Origin: Eledone cirrhosa
Lineage: Eukaryota
Assembly: GCA_964016885.1 (NCBI GenBank)
Contig: OZ024741.1
Coordinates: 143,964,001 to 144,028,000 of the forward strand
Direction of reading: 5' to 3'
DNA: 64,000 bases
Of the stretch, positions 1-13,339 are shown piece by piece. The stretch's first letter is position 1, and each line of letters starts with the position of its first letter. The position numbers and the translations under genes are program-made. Under the pieces are notes generated by a model. The model did not search any database, was not told the DNA's origin, and saw only the letters and a list, made by a program, of their open reading frames with translations.

Positions 1-170
1 CAAAATTTGACTTCACTCTTCCACCATCAAACTGCCATCTTTTGTCGAAATTCATTGGCACCAGAGCTGTAGAAGTAGGCTGTGTCACTATGTCTTGTGG
101 AGTACTCGACTCCTGCAAGTTGTCAGGAATGTTATTAATGAAAGGATCTAGTGTTGCTGATTCACTAAAT
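1..170 (-). CDS. Coding exon of an unidentified minus-strand gene, truncated by the window edge
   Basis: Strong acceptor TTTTCTTTTCCTTTTCCTTCTTCAG (AG at 172-171). After one completing base the frame is open to the window edge: FSESATLDPFINNIPDNLQESSTPQDIVTQPTSTALVPMNFDKRWQFDGGRVKSNF. Phase-compatible with the exon at 10092-10214. Confidence 0.6.
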
Positions 171-535
171 CTGAAGAAGGAAAAGGAAAAGAAAAAATTG
201 AGCATACTTTAAAGATTTACATGCAATGAATTGGCAAAATTGTTGGAACAACGGATAATTCAAATCCCTTCAATCTCAACTTTGCCTTTTGTCCTTTCAT
301 AAAAAAAATTATTATAAAAATATACCAGTCCAGTACTTGGGTTGGTTCTTCCTGTATATCTTTTTCTCACTTTCTCACTCTCCTTCTATGAAAGAAATCA
401 GTTGCATTCAGACTTGGAGAAAGATGGGCTCCGCTAAGTTTAGAATGCCCAAGACATGTCGTATGTCATTACAGTGCCCCTATGACTCCATTAGAAATTA
501 CATACTTTCAAATTACTTTCTGGAATAAGGTTTAA

Positions 536-858
536 CCCTTTTGTAACAATATTTCTAATGAAATACACTCTATTTTAATTAATTAATAAACAATTTTGAT
601 GGATTTACTAAAGTTATTACTAAGTCATTACTAAGATAGTAACTTAATAGATTGTTTAACTTTTGCTAGCAGGGAAAATATATGTTAAATTATGATAATT
701 TTTATATAAAATTATGTTGGAAGAGTTTAATTTAGATAGGAGCTCTTGGTTTTGTTTCATAGAACCAATCTGTGCTGATATGAAAAAAATAAATGTAAAA
801 TTATGAAGATGAAGTGATGTTGATAGTGTCAGTTTTAGCCAGATTGGTATCAAAAGAG
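536..858. mobile_element. piggyBac-like MITE (TTAA-CCCTTT...AAAG(A/G)G-TTAA)
   Basis: TTAA at 532-535 and 859-862 flank CCCTTTTG / CAAAAGAG ends. Related AT-rich copies lie near 7851-8504, 14900-15300, 56291-56840 and 62800-63011. Confidence 0.55.
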
Positions 859-1074
859 TTAATATACCATACTGTCTGTCAGAAGCAACATAAAGGAATT
901 TCCATGGAATTAATCTTTTTCATACCAGCCTGTCTGAAAGTGCCCTGGTTCTATGATACAAAACCTCCCATTTTAAAGTGCATATATTTAAATCAAAAAT
1001 TTTTCATCATACAGAAAGAGAGAGAGAGACCAACCTTTCATTGTGTAAAACAGAAATGGTAATTTTAAAAGCTA

Positions 1075-1425
1075 TTTTGTAGGTGTCATGACAAAAAGCA
1101 CTCAGCCATCACTGTAAAGGGGTCATGTAAGAGACACGACAATAAGCACCCAGTCCACACTGTAAGGTGGTCATGTAGGTGTTGCGACAAAAAGCACCCA
1201 GTCCATACTGTAAAGTGGTCGTGTAGGAGTCACGACAAAAAAACACCCAGTACACACTGCAAACATGGTTGGTGTTAGGAAGGGCATCCAGCTGTAGAAA
1301 TCTTGCCCAAAACAGTACTATATGACCAAGACACAGTCACCTGACCAAACTTGCCTCAGATAGGACAACTCGTCTAACCCATGCTAGCATGGAAAGTGGA
1401 CGTTAAACGACAATGATGATGATGA
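1075..1425 (+). mobile_element. 3'-UTR-only copy of RTE family B (internal ~45-bp tandem repeats, GGAAGGGCATCCAGC motif, (GAT)n tail)
   Basis: Same modules as the 3' ends of the RTE copies at 25210-25617 and 33806-34190. Confidence 0.7.
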
Positions 1426-2235
1426 TTCTTTTGAATCATTTGATACTGCCTCCCCTCCATTTCAAATAATATTCATATTCATATATTATAATGGAATTAA
1501 ACCAATTTATCACAGCTTTTTGCTATGTAAATAATTCTAGTAAACAGTTGACACTTGAAATAGAATACCTTTTTATATGTTTGTTTAGCTAACAATAGTA
1601 GTAAAATACTGTTTACAATAGGTACCTAGTTGTGTAACTCGTTAAATCTAATATACAGTCAATTAACAAAGCAGTCGTAACTAAACACGTTATTCTAATT
1701 CATGTGGGTTTTTTTTACCATTGTGTTTATGTTTTAAATGATGGGGGCGGAGTGATGTATTGTTTCTTTCATACATCTTTGTAGTGTTGCTAAAAGAATG
1801 GAATTTATCAAACCATGACTGCATGGGGGCTTATGACCTTTGTTTTTATAACAGCAGTAAGCTGGTGTCATTGTTCATGTGGTGTGGTGTAGTGTCAGAG
1901 ATAGATTAACCATTATGCAAAATAAGCACATGCTTAGGACATCACGGAAAAAGGGGCACCATTTTAATCAAATTAATTGTATTTATCATTCCCCGGCCCA
2001 TTTGTTTTTTTTTTGCAAACTTTATATATGGTGGACATCATAATCTTTTAAGCACTTAGGACCTCAAAAGGGCTTAATCCAGCCCTAGAGTAGGCTAAGG
2101 TTAGATTGTTGTTGTTATAGAGTAATAATTTATTATTATTAGAATTAGAAGGCCCAGTACCTTACAGTGACTACTAGTTTCATCCCAGTATGATATGAGT
2201 TTATAAATATCTATGTGTGCGTCTTTGGTGAAATC

Positions 2236-2480
2236 ATGTGGTTTAGCAGTGAGGATGTTCAGCTCATGATTGCAAGGTCATGTGTTTAATTCCTGGTAGT
2301 GTATTGTGTCCTTGAGTAAGACTCTTTATTTCATGTTACTCCTGTCCACTCAACTGGAAAAAAATGAGTTGTACCTGTAATTCAAAGGGCCAGCCTTGTC
2401 ACACACTGTGTCATGCTGATTATCTCTGAGAATGTCTTTGGAATGCTCAACCACTTGTATGTTAATTTCTCAAGCAGGCA
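2236..2480 (+). mobile_element. Degenerate tRNA-derived CORE-like SINE
   Basis: tRNA-like head followed by TGTGTCCTTGAGTAAGACTCTTTATTTCA, a block also seen at 48360, 49290 and 54135. Confidence 0.55.
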
Positions 2481-3648
2481 TTACTGTCATTCAACCCCTG
2501 AAACACTCATCATCAGTACTGACAGAGATCCAACCCCAATCTCCCCAAATACTACTCTGTAATAAGTTAGTTTTAGAACATGACTGTCAATTTAGGAGAC
2601 TCATGGTTTTGGTACATATAGTTCACAATGTTTATGTTGAAAGTGGATATGTTGTTATAAATCTGATTACAAACTGAATCTTGATAAGAGCAAAATCTTA
2701 CTTTTTTTTCTATTTTGTACCTAGACAGATTTAGTGTTAAATAAAATGAAATTTACAGCTTAAACTATACCTACACAAGGTTGCATCTCATAAAAAGTTT
2801 CTTGGGTGTTTTAATGATAGGGTCCCCAGTCCTATTGTGAAAAGTAATGTGAAATAGAATGCTATGCTGAAGAACACAACACACCAACCAGTCCAGGAAT
2901 TAAACCTGTGACCTTGTGATTGTGAGTCCAACACCCTAACCACTAGACTATGCTCCTTCACTATTTAGTGTTAAGTGTTCAACAGATTATACATTGGTTG
3001 TTAATCTTTTCATTTTATTAATATTGTACTAAATTACTGATTCAGCTTAAATTATGATTGTTTAATCTTGGTTTACCTTGGATTACCTTAAAAAACAAAG
3101 ATGTTGTAGTATCTGTTCTATAAATAGTCTTATAGAAGTTTATAACAAAAATAGTATTTCAGACATTGCTAAGGAAATATTAAACCTTCAGTTGTTGCAG
3201 CTGCTGTTGTTATTGTTGGAGGATTTTAACTCTTAACGTCCTGTACCACATTAAATCACTTAAGACATTTTTGGAAAGTACAAAACAGCACTCTGACTCC
3301 ATCACATTAAAAAAATAAAGTCTTTAGTCTAATACTGTACATTTTTACAATGATTTGTCCACTTGCAAAGATATAAACATTTGAGTTAACAACGTTTTAA
3401 TTTTCATTCTCCAATTAATTAACTCTCAATGTCCTATACTTCATGAAGTCACATTAGCACTATTTTCATCATCATCATCGTTTAACGTCAATTTTCCACC
3501 CTACATAGGTAGGACAGGCTGACCCTTTGGGAGAGATGGGGTCAAAGGATCATGTTTCGCTCACCCGAGGTTGGTTTTGGCTTTACAGTGTGGACTGGGC
3601 ACTTTTGTCTTGACACATACATGACCGCTATGGAAAGTACAAAACAAC

Positions 3649-6600
3649 ATCGTCATCATCATCATCATCATCATTTTATGTCTGCTTTTCTCTGCTTGCA
3701 AGGGTGGGACGGGTCCTATTCAGCACAGCATCTCTTCACTTGTCACAGTCCTTCGTCATCTCCACCGTGAGCTTCAGCGATCTGAGGTCTGCTCTCACCA
3801 CCTGCGCTCATGTTTTTCGTGGTCTACCTCTATCACGTCTTCCCTCAACTGGCATTTCCTGGCACTTCTTCACCCATCGGTCATCCTCCATACGCATCAC
3901 ATGTCCATACCATCGCAGTCTCCTCTCCCACACACAACAATTTAGTTTCTCTCTCAACACATCCATGCTCGGCCGTTCACGCACATTGACACTGCACATC
4001 CAACTGAGCATGCTTGCCTCATTTCTCTGCAGTTGCTGCCCATGTCTCACTACCATGCAGCATCACGAACCTCACACAGCCAACATATAACCGGTCTTGT
4101 GTATGCAGGGAGGAACCCTTCTTCGTCAGCAGAGGAAGCAGCTCCCTAAACTTCTTCCAACCTGTCCTTATTCTAGATACTATGGCCTCGGAACACCCAG
4201 CTCCCATGCTAATCTGATCTCTTAGGTACCGGAAGCTATCAACCACTTCTATAGTACTCACCTGCATTTGAAAAATGTGTCTATCAATACGACTTCTACT
4301 GTCTAATTTCTCTGTACATCTACTGCATACATATTTCTCCCTACCTGTTAGTTTGCCTGCTATCCCACTACATCTCTTGTGTACCCAAGATCTGCATTGT
4401 GTGCATTTTATAGAATTTATGCCAGTTCTTTTTCTGCATATCGAACATGGCCATTTCCCTAACGGAATCAGAATTTTGTCCTCTTTTCTACTCATCAACA
4501 CTTTTGTCTTAGCTAGGTTCACTCTCAGTCCTCTTGCTTCCAACTGCTGTTTCCATAGCCAGAATTTATTCTCTAGCTCCTCTACTGATTCTGCTATAAG
4601 AACCAGATTGTCAGCATAGAGAAGTTCCCATGGAACTCCTCTCTTATGGCTTGGAGGACTATAATGAACGAGAGCGGGCTGAGGACCAAACCCTGATGTA
4701 CTCCCACTTGTATCTGGAATTCGTCACTAAACTCCATTCCTAGCCTCACTTTACTGACAGCACCTCTGTACAAAGTTTGCACTGTCCTCACAAGCCATTC
4801 CTCAACACCTAGTTTACTTAGGGACCACCAGATGACAGATCGGGGTACCCTATCAAAGGCCTTCTCTAGGTCAACAAAAGCTAAGTATAGTAGCTTATTC
4901 TTCTCTAAGAACCTCTCTTGTAGTTGTCTGACAAAGAAGAGTCTTTGGGTATGACACTGCCATATATAGCCTGATTGATGATGCGTGCAACCAGTTTAGT
5001 GCCTACGTCTCCTGATGCCTTCAGCATATCAGCAACTATCCCCGATGGTCCAGCAGCCTTACCATTTTTCATTTCCTTAATCGTCTCTTGGACCCTATAT
5101 TCGTCAATCTCAATAGCTGGTCCCTTTGTCGGATCTACTGAGGGTAATTTCTCACTCTCCCGTTCGTTCTCCACATTCATCAATCTCTCGTAATGACATT
5201 TCCAGGCCTCCTTTTTCAGGTCATTCATGACACTAAGTACACCGGCATCATTCCGGACACATTTATCTCCAACAACATCCTGATTTGCATTGACACACTG
5301 CCTTGCAATGTGGAACACCGCACGTCTCTGATCTTTCCGTCGCAGAACATTGGCAAACCTTCTACTCTCAGCCTCCCTGTGTGCTAAGTACACCTGACAT
5401 CTAGCTTCTCTCTTAGTGGCTGTATATCCTTCTCTACTCCCACCCTTTTTCCAAGCCTTCCATGCTAGTCTTTTGTCTCTAATGGCCCTATCTACTGTGC
5501 TGTTCCACCACCAGGTCACTCTCTGTCTGGTTGGAGCTCTGCTCCAGCCACAAGTTTCATCAGTGGCCTGCAGTAAGTTGTCACATAAGAAATTCCAGTT
5601 ATCATCTATGTCATACGACTCTAAATCGTCTTCTTTTTCGTCATGCACATCTTGAAGGGCTTTCCTAAATTTGTATTTTAGTGAAAGGTCTTTTAGCTTC
5701 CAGACCTTTCTTCTCCACACCTTCCTGTATGTCTCATTCCGTCTCTTGCTTACTGAGATATCACTAACGACTAGCCTATGCTGTGGGGTACGTTCTTCCC
5801 CAGAGTATGCCTTTGTATTTGACACCATCTGCCTGTCCCGCTGCCTAACTAGTAAGAAGTCAATCTGGCTTATGTGCTTGCCTGATATGTAAGTTATTAG
5901 GTGGTTGGCAGGTTTCTGGAAGTTAGTGTTGCAAATGGTTAGTGTACTTACATCACAAAATTCAAGAAGTCTCACTCCTTCTTCATTTCTTGAACCATAA
6001 CCGTGCCCACTATGTACCCCAGTGTAACCATCCTGGAGCTATCCAACATGACCATTGAAGTCCCCTGCTAGCATAAGCATGTCTCCGGCCTCTGTCATTG
6101 CGGTTGTTTGTAAAAGTTGCTCGTAAAAGCAGTCTTTCTCATCTTTGCCTAGGCCTGCTTGGAGAGCATAGGCAGAGTTGATTGTCAGAAGTCTCTTGCC
6201 TACAACTAATCTAAGCTTAATTATTCTATTATTAACTCGAACTACCTCTATTGTCTTATCGATCCATCTCTCAGCCAGGAAAATGCCTACTACCCATAAC
6301 CCATCATCCTTACCTACCCAGAAAAGCTTATAACTAAGATGTTTGCCTCCGATTAGTCTTGCAGAGGCACCTCTCCATCTCACCTTGTGCATGCAGCACA
6401 CATCCACATGCCTTCTCTCCAGCATCTCTGCTATTTCACTAGATCTACCTGTGAGAGTGCCAACATTAAGTGTTGCAACTCTGAGATGCAACGTCTTTAT
6501 ATTCTTGTTCCTTTTCCTGTAGTGCGATTGATTGAAGACGGTCGGGGGGTTCTCGCACATGGCCGCACCAGTCACCCAACTACCGTGCATAGCACTAACA

Positions 6601-6716
6601 TGGTTAGTGTTATTGCTGTTTACACAGTTATTACGATATATATTTGTTGTTGTGCTCATAAATGTTTTGGCATTAATACACTGGTTGGATGCCCTTCCTA
6701 ACCAGTGTATTAATGC
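3649..6716 (-). mobile_element. Near full-length RTE-clade LINE (family A), frameshifted
   Basis: APE endonuclease motifs (LRVATLNVGTL, LAGDFNGHVG, SQIDFLL), RT motifs (FVDLEKAFD, GVHQG, LYAD), PHD finger, C-terminal RLRWYGHVMR..GRPRKT, and a (GAT)n tail at 3649-3673. Possible short TSD CAAAACA at 3640 and 6717. Confidence 0.92.
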
Positions 6717-7985
6717 CAAAACACTATAACAAAATTCATATGAAAATATCATATGAAAATTTCAAGTCTTTAGTTTACTTGCAAATCTTCACAATGATCT
6801 GTCCAGTAGTATACTGTAAAAAGTTGAATTAACAAACCACGTACAGTAAAACCACATTAACAAGATTGTCTTAGAAAGGAGACTACATCATATAAAAATT
6901 TAAAGTCTTTACTTTGGTTTACTTGCAATTGTTCACAATGACCTGTCCACATCTTACTTACATGCACTGCTACACTCTTCAGAGTATATTTTATCATGGC
7001 ACCAGCACTATTGAAGTTGTCATGTCTTGGACACAGCTGAAGTATGGTATGTTTGCTATGACTGGATACCTTTCCTATCACCAACCGCTTTACAGAGTGC
7101 ATTGGGTGCAGGAAATTTTCTCTTACACTATGATTCAGTTAATGTCTAGAGGAGATGTAACAAATGTTACAGAATAGAAAGTAAGTTTCTTGCAAGCTAA
7201 TTGAGTAGCATGCTTTCAACTCCTGGTTGTGTTGTCATTTACTATTTTGTCTGGGCTAAAACACAAACATCATAAGATCTCATTTCTCTGGCCTTTATCT
7301 AATATTTTAGCCTCTTACAATGATAAAGAAAAAATACAAAGACATACACATGCAAACACACAGCACAATCACATGCACAGCATAGTCACATGCATACACA
7401 CACTGACACACATGTCCATACATGGACATACATACAGACACAAATGCATGTACACACATATTTTGAATTGTCATCTGAAGATGTCTGTCAAAAAAACAAA
7501 ACAAAAAACCTACTGTTGCATTCCTATAAGATTGTAGGGTGGAAACAAAATTTGACAGCTGTCAGCCTGCAACAATAGAATAAATAGATAACCATATGTC
7601 AGTGTGTACCCAATTTCTGTGCTCAGTTTTTTATTAGTTACTTTCTTCTTTTGATACCAACCCACCTAAAATTGCCTCCGGTTCTATGAAACAACACTCC
7701 TTGCTTTCAACCCTCTGGTTGCCAATGAAAGACCATGCCTATGATTTTCAAATAATTTTGAAAATAATAAAAAATTTGGAAAGATTTAGTAAATAACTTT
7801 AAGTTTCTGATTATTAAGCTTATTTTGAATATGTTATTTTCCTCTTTTAGTTAACCCTTTCAATACCAACCTGCCCATAACCACCTCTGGTTTTAATGAA
7901 AACATTGCCTGTTTTTGAAATAATTTTTGAAATAATCAAACATTTTAAAAGATTTAGTAACTTTCATTATTTATCTAGTATTATA

Positions 7986-8172
7986 GGGCGGTGGATTGGC
8001 AGTATCGGTAGAGAGTCGGACGCCATGCTTTCCGGCGTAGTTACGTCCCTTTACGGTCTGAGTTCAAATCCCGCCGAGGTTGACTTTACCTTTCATCCTT
8101 ACGGGGTCGATAAAATAAAGTACCAGTAATGCACTGGGTAATTGCTGGCCTCGTGCCAAAAGTAGAAACAAT
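7986..8172 (+). mobile_element. tRNA-derived SINE family 1 (~190 bp)
   Basis: B-box-like GAGTTCAAATCCC, central CCTTTCATCCTTACGGGGTCGATAAAATAAAGTACCAG, and TSD ATTATTTATCTAGTATT on both sides. Confidence 0.9.
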
Positions 8173-9484
8173 TATTTATCTAGTATTTAAAACTTATCTT
8201 TCTGAAAGTTCTTACATAAAATTATGATGGAAGGTTTCTAGATAAATAAAAACACTTTGAAATAAATAGTTTTGTATCATAGAAACAAGGCAGTTTCAGA
8301 CAGTTTGGTATTGAAAGAGCAAACTTAAAATCTTCCAACATAATTTCATAAGAGTTTTGTTATGTTACAAATACCATCTTAATAATGAAATAAACACTTT
8401 TAGTAAATCCCTCTAAATTCTTCATTAATTTATCCAGCATGGATAAACGGATGTTAAATGATGATGATGAGTGCATTTTAGAAATATAGTAACAAAAGGG
8501 TTAACTTTAAACATCCTGTAATGATTTAGCTGCAAATATAAAAAAATGGGTTTGTTAATTTAAATGTTTACAGTATCTTTACTAGCAGACAGATTCTTGT
8601 GCAAATCTGTGGCATTAAGGTGAAGACTTTAATTTTTAATGTTATGCAGTCATAGTACTGTTTGTACTTTTCAAAAATATTTTGCTAATGCGGTTTTATG
8701 TGATACAATATATTAAGTGTTAAACAAATGGAAACACAGCTTTTTTTTAGTGAGAGTCTATGTATCAGCATCAAATAAATACACATTGAAAAAGCCTTTT
8801 GAGATAGAGATAATAGATAGCTCCTGGTGAACTGATTACATACAATATTAAATTTCCATATGAACACACACATTGTAATTCACATACGCATTCTGACTGA
8901 CAGTTGTACTTTTCACATTCTTTAAGCAACAGGGCCAGCACCTACATTTTAAGTGCACCCTTATTTTTAAATTTTAGTTTCTGCTATGTAGTAGCTACAT
9001 CTTTTATTAATACAAGATGTTTACCTTTAATTATTTTATAAAATATTCCCTGCTGAAATGAGGGAGTGTAATATATGTCTGTGGATCTGATATGCTATGA
9101 AACACTGTACCAGTTAGAAACAGCAGTCAAATCATCCTCAAATCCAACCCTATTTTCTTAACTGTAAACATTCTTTAATGATTTAGCTGAAAATATCTTT
9201 AAAAATTTAGTGTTAATTAAGTGAAAATATCTTTAAAAATTTAGCGTTAATTAAAATATTGAGTGTTTTTACTAAAGGATAGATAATTGTGAAAACTAGC
9301 AGTATTAGAGTAAAGGCTGTAATTTTTAATGTGATGCTATTTTATACTTTTCAAGAATATCTAGCTAATGTGAATTCCTGATATACAAAAAGATGGGATG
9401 GTCATGATAGGAATAATTTTGATCATAAGTCTTCTCAATCAGAGCTGACCAGCAGCTAAACAATGCAAAATCTCTCTCCCTCTC

Positions 9485-9551
<67 letters not shown>

Positions 9552-10091
9552 GAACTTAGTGTTTAATAATATCTAATGTGATTGTCTACCACCTTGTAGC
9601 CACTCTACTGCTCTTCAAGAAGTTAGATTATCTATAAAGGATTATAACTTTAATTATCACTTAGGTAATCAAAAATTGTCTAGAAGCATAGAAAAGTATA
9701 TAAGATTAAAAATATATGTACAGTTATATATATATATATTTATGTATGTATGTAGAAAGGGTTGTGAGATCATGGAATGGCACCTGAAAAGTTCCTCTCT
9801 ATAACACAAGCCTGGGAAAGCTGTCACCCATGCATGCAAATCATCCCTCACCACACTAATGATATTATTCAAGGAAGAGGCAAACGCCAGTATAGTTGGT
9901 CACCAGTCAAAATTAGAATGAAAAAGGCTGAAAAAGATATTGAAAATCAACATATTCAATGCTCTAACAATTCCACCACCCTTTAACTGGTTCTTTATTT
10001 ATCAACCCCTGCAAAGATAAAAGACGAAGTTGACTTCAATAGGATTTGAACTCAGTGCACAATATCGTTTGAAGTAATCTGGTTTACTTAC

Positions 10092-10214
10092 ATCATACAG
10101 TTCCACCAACAGGAGCAGAGATCACAGAGAGACATCAGTTTAGTGGATGGTGGACATTCCGCTAGTTTCTTCTGGCCCTTATTTGACTGTCCCGACATGT
10201 CTTGATATATAAGA
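10092..10214 (-). CDS. Putative first coding exon of the minus-strand gene (ATG at 10198)
   Basis: Acceptor AG at 10216-10215. Reads MSGQSNKGQKKLAECPPSTKLMSLCDLCSCWWNCM plus 2 nt, then a GTAAGT donor at 10091. Phase 2 joins in frame to exon 1-170. Confidence 0.5.
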
Positions 10215-10869
10215 CTATAATTATATATATGTATGTGTGTGTGTGGTTATTTATGTATGTTCTTTATAATGTGATGTGGTCTACTTATTTCAATGTATTG
10301 ATGATGGTTAATGATTAGCTATGACTTGTGGTTATACAGTTGTTTGTAATGGTATCCAGTAGTGTTGGTAGTTAGGCTGATAAGGTAGTGGTTAACCCTG
10401 GAACTAGATTACGATGGCATCTGGTGATTAAACTATATGGTGTGCTGGTTATAATGATGTTTTGGTGAATTCCTCCTATATAATAAAGAAGTAACCAAAC
10501 CACACACACACATGTATACAGTAAATATAATGGCCAACCTCTAGGTTCAACCGTCAGGTAGTGTCTGTCTCTCTTACTTACTGAGTTGTTTTAAACTGTT
10601 TGTAGTGATGAAGGAGGTGGGGGGGGGGGGCTTGATGCAGCAGGTGATGAGGATCAAGTGGTAGGCTAGTAGTTTGAGAATGGCCTGAGGTGTGTGTATA
10701 TGAATATGTGTCGGAGGAGGAGGTTCTAATCCCCCACATATATTAAGTGTATGTATGTTGTGTGTGTGTGTGTAATTATTATTGTCAGCACAGCTTCTTC
10801 AGTCATGTGGTGTCTTTGTTTCTATTGTTTAAAGGACCTAACACACCCAGTGTCTTGAGTTTTAATTGT

Positions 10870-11140
10870 GGATGGGGGATAATGTAATGTTGATGGAGGT
10901 AATGGTACTAGTCAGTGGTGGTGATGGTGGCAGAGAAGGAGGAAATGGTAGAAATGGTGGTGATGGAGGTAATGGGTGTGGTGGAGGTAATGGTGATTGA
11001 GGCAATAGTGGTGTTAGAAAAGGTGGTAGTGATGGAGGTAATGATGTTGGTGATCTTTGTTCTGGTGGAAGCAATAATGATGGTGGTGGTGGTGGTGGTG
11101 AATGGGTTGGAAATGTGGTGGGTGTTAGTGGAGTGAAAAC
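10870..11140. repeat. (GGT/GAT)n low-complexity tract
   Basis: Degenerate trinucleotide repeat that produces the Pro/Thr/Val-rich spurious ORFs. Confidence 0.85.
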
Positions 11141-11395
11141 ATTGTGGCACAGTTAATTATTTTGTTATTTGTTTCTATGTATTATTTCGACTTTTGAGTA
11201 TATTTCATATATATATACGCACATACATATGACATTGTATACATCTATCTATCTGTTTGTCTATCCTTCCATACATACAGTCCAATCTACCTATCCAGTC
11301 AAAACTATCTTTATATATCTATCTACCTATCCAAATTAACTCTATGTATCTTATTCAATCCAATCTTTCATGTATTTCTTTGATTTATTTTCCAG

Positions 11396-11647
11396 AATAT
11401 TCTCAAAGCTTTGAAACAGATTACAGAGGGACGTACAACGATTGTTATTGCTCACCGCCTCTCCACTGTAACTGATGCTGATGAGATTTTGGTTTTGGAT
11501 AAAGGGAGCATTGTTGAGAGGGGTACTCACCAATATCTGTTAAACCAACCCCATTCTCTGTATTTGTCCATGTGGCTTCGTCAGTCAATGAATCAGGATG
11601 ATTATGAGGAATTGATGAAATCTCAAGAGCAGAAAAGTGACTCTTAA
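11396..11647 (+). CDS. ABCB7: Last coding exon of the mitochondrial ABC transporter ABCB7 (Atm1-type)
   Basis: Acceptor TTTATTTTCCAG. Reads [53 protein letters not shown], with the ABC H-loop. The PHS.Y..MW tail fits ABCB7 better than ABCB6. Stop TAA at 11645-11647. Confidence 0.88.
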   Translation, partial: NILKALKQITEGRTTIVIAHRLSTVTDADEILVLDKGSIVERGTHQYLLNQPHSLYLSMWLRQSMNQDDYEELMKSQEQKSDS

Positions 11648-11944
11648 GGACCATAAACTCTAATTAATTGCCATAGGTTTGCACAAATTTTTTAAAGTAC
11701 CAAAATCTATGAAAAATCTTGTGATTGTATTCAGTAACAAAAATCAGTTAGTAAAGTTCACAAAATCAAAATCAAATATGTCTGTGTGTCACAGAAAGTA
11801 AGTTTTAATGTTTAGGGCCAGACCCTTTACCAGGTGAGCCAACAAACTTCTTATTTTTATCTCTGTTTAGAATATTACAGTTGTTTTTTTTTACCCTCAC
11901 AGCACCTGAAATATGTTTTTTTTTAACCTTTCCACAATTCATTA

Positions 11945-12255
11945 TTGCTATGTAATGTTGCTGCTGTTTTTTCTAACTATTTTTGCTGTAACTCTGCTGT
12001 CAGTGTCTTAACCCTCTCATACAATAGTAAGCATTGTAAGGCTATTTTCCCTGCTAAAGTAAAAGTTAGTCTTGTGAGCCCCAGGACAAATTTTTCCATT
12101 TTGCTCTATTCTCTACATACCCTTGCTTTCATTTCCTCTATCATATTTAGCCATATCTTTGTTGGTCTTCCCTTTTCTCTACTTCTTTCTCTATTCATTT
12201 CCATCACTTCTCTAACCGAATCATTTTCATCCTTCCTCAACACATAACCATAAAT
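11945..12255 (-). mobile_element. Old RTE-type LINE C-terminal fragment
   Basis: Reverse strand reads YGYVLRKDENDSVREVMEM..GRPTKIW. Similar segments occur at 55500-55890 and 60790-60930. Confidence 0.5.
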
Positions 12256-12730
12256 GCTTGTAGCACTGTAAAATCCATAAGATTACCAGCTGGTTTCATG
12301 CCAGGTGCAAATTTTTTATTGGTGTTAATTTGAAATATGAAAGGTAGCATCCATTACAGTAAGTATGTCCAATGAGGTAGATGGAGAACTAGAAACTTAT
12401 TCCATGAAGCAAGTACAGCTATATATAAGGTGAATGTACCATTTTTCATACTTAGAAATATTCCTCATCGACTATATACTATTTGATATAGTCACTGTAC
12501 ACACATCAGGAGCAATAGCTTAATATAAACAGATGATGAGTTGTCGCTCCTGGTTTGTCTCTTTACACTTCTCCTCCATTTACAATTTTTGTTTTTTTGT
12601 TTTAAATTCATCAATTAGCCACTTGTATACATGAAGGTCTCAAAATAATGTATATTATCTCAAAACAAATGTATATTATTGGCAACAAAAAAAAAATGCA
12701 CCTGGTATGAAACCAGCTGTTAACCTTATA

Positions 12731-12922
12731 TAATTGTTTCTACTTTTGGCACAAGGCCAGCAATTATCCAGGTGTATTACTGGTACTTTATTTTTACAAC
12801 CCCGTAAGGATGCAAGGCAAAGTTAACCTCGGCGGTATTTGAACTCAGACCATAAAGGGCCGTAACTCTTTGTTGCACAGCATGGCGTCCGACCCTCTAC
12901 CGATACTGCCATTCCACCGCCC
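12731..12922 (-). mobile_element. SINE family 1, in or near the ABCB7 3' UTR
   Basis: Reverse complement of the 7986 copy; TSD TGTTAACCTTATATAAT. Confidence 0.9.
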
Positions 12923-13203
12923 TATGTTAACCTTATATAATGTGTAACATCATTATCAAATAACTGTGTCTTGGACCTTTTTTGGTTCTGACGATGAGTG
13001 TTCCAGTTGATTGGTTAATGGTGCATCTTGCTCATAAAATTAACATGTTAGTGACTGTGCATTTCACAGACATGTATACCCTTAATGTAATTCTCAGGGA
13101 GATTCAGCATGACATAGTGTGACGAGATTGGTCTTTCCTATGAGTTATTTTGAGAATATACTTTTACCATTGTGAGTAATAATTATAATTTCATCATGGT
13201 GCT

Positions 13204-13263
<60 letters not shown>

Positions 13264-13267
<4 letters not shown>

Positions 13268-13339
13268 GTGTCCCCAAAACATGTATACACACTTTTATTA
13301 GAATGCTATTGAAGTGTGTATACATTTTGGGACACCCTG
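13264..13339. mobile_element. Tc1/mariner-type mini-MITE
   Basis: CAGGGTGTCCC...GGGACACCCTG inverted ends with TA on the right; second copy at about 23079-23150. Confidence 0.65.

Noticed and set aside
1075-1265. CRISPR-like repeats of ~45 bp
   Set aside because: Contiguous degenerate tandem units of an RTE 3' UTR; no unique spacers and no cas genes; eukaryotic DNA.
3552-3770. Poly-His ORF
   Set aside because: Antisense reading of the RTE (GAT)n tail.
7986-8080. tRNA genes suggested by A/B boxes
   Set aside because: They are SINE heads with bodies, tails and TSDs, and no intact cloverleaf is evident.
10862-11150. Pro-, Thr- or Val-rich ORFs
   Set aside because: Trinucleotide low-complexity tract with no splice or homology support.
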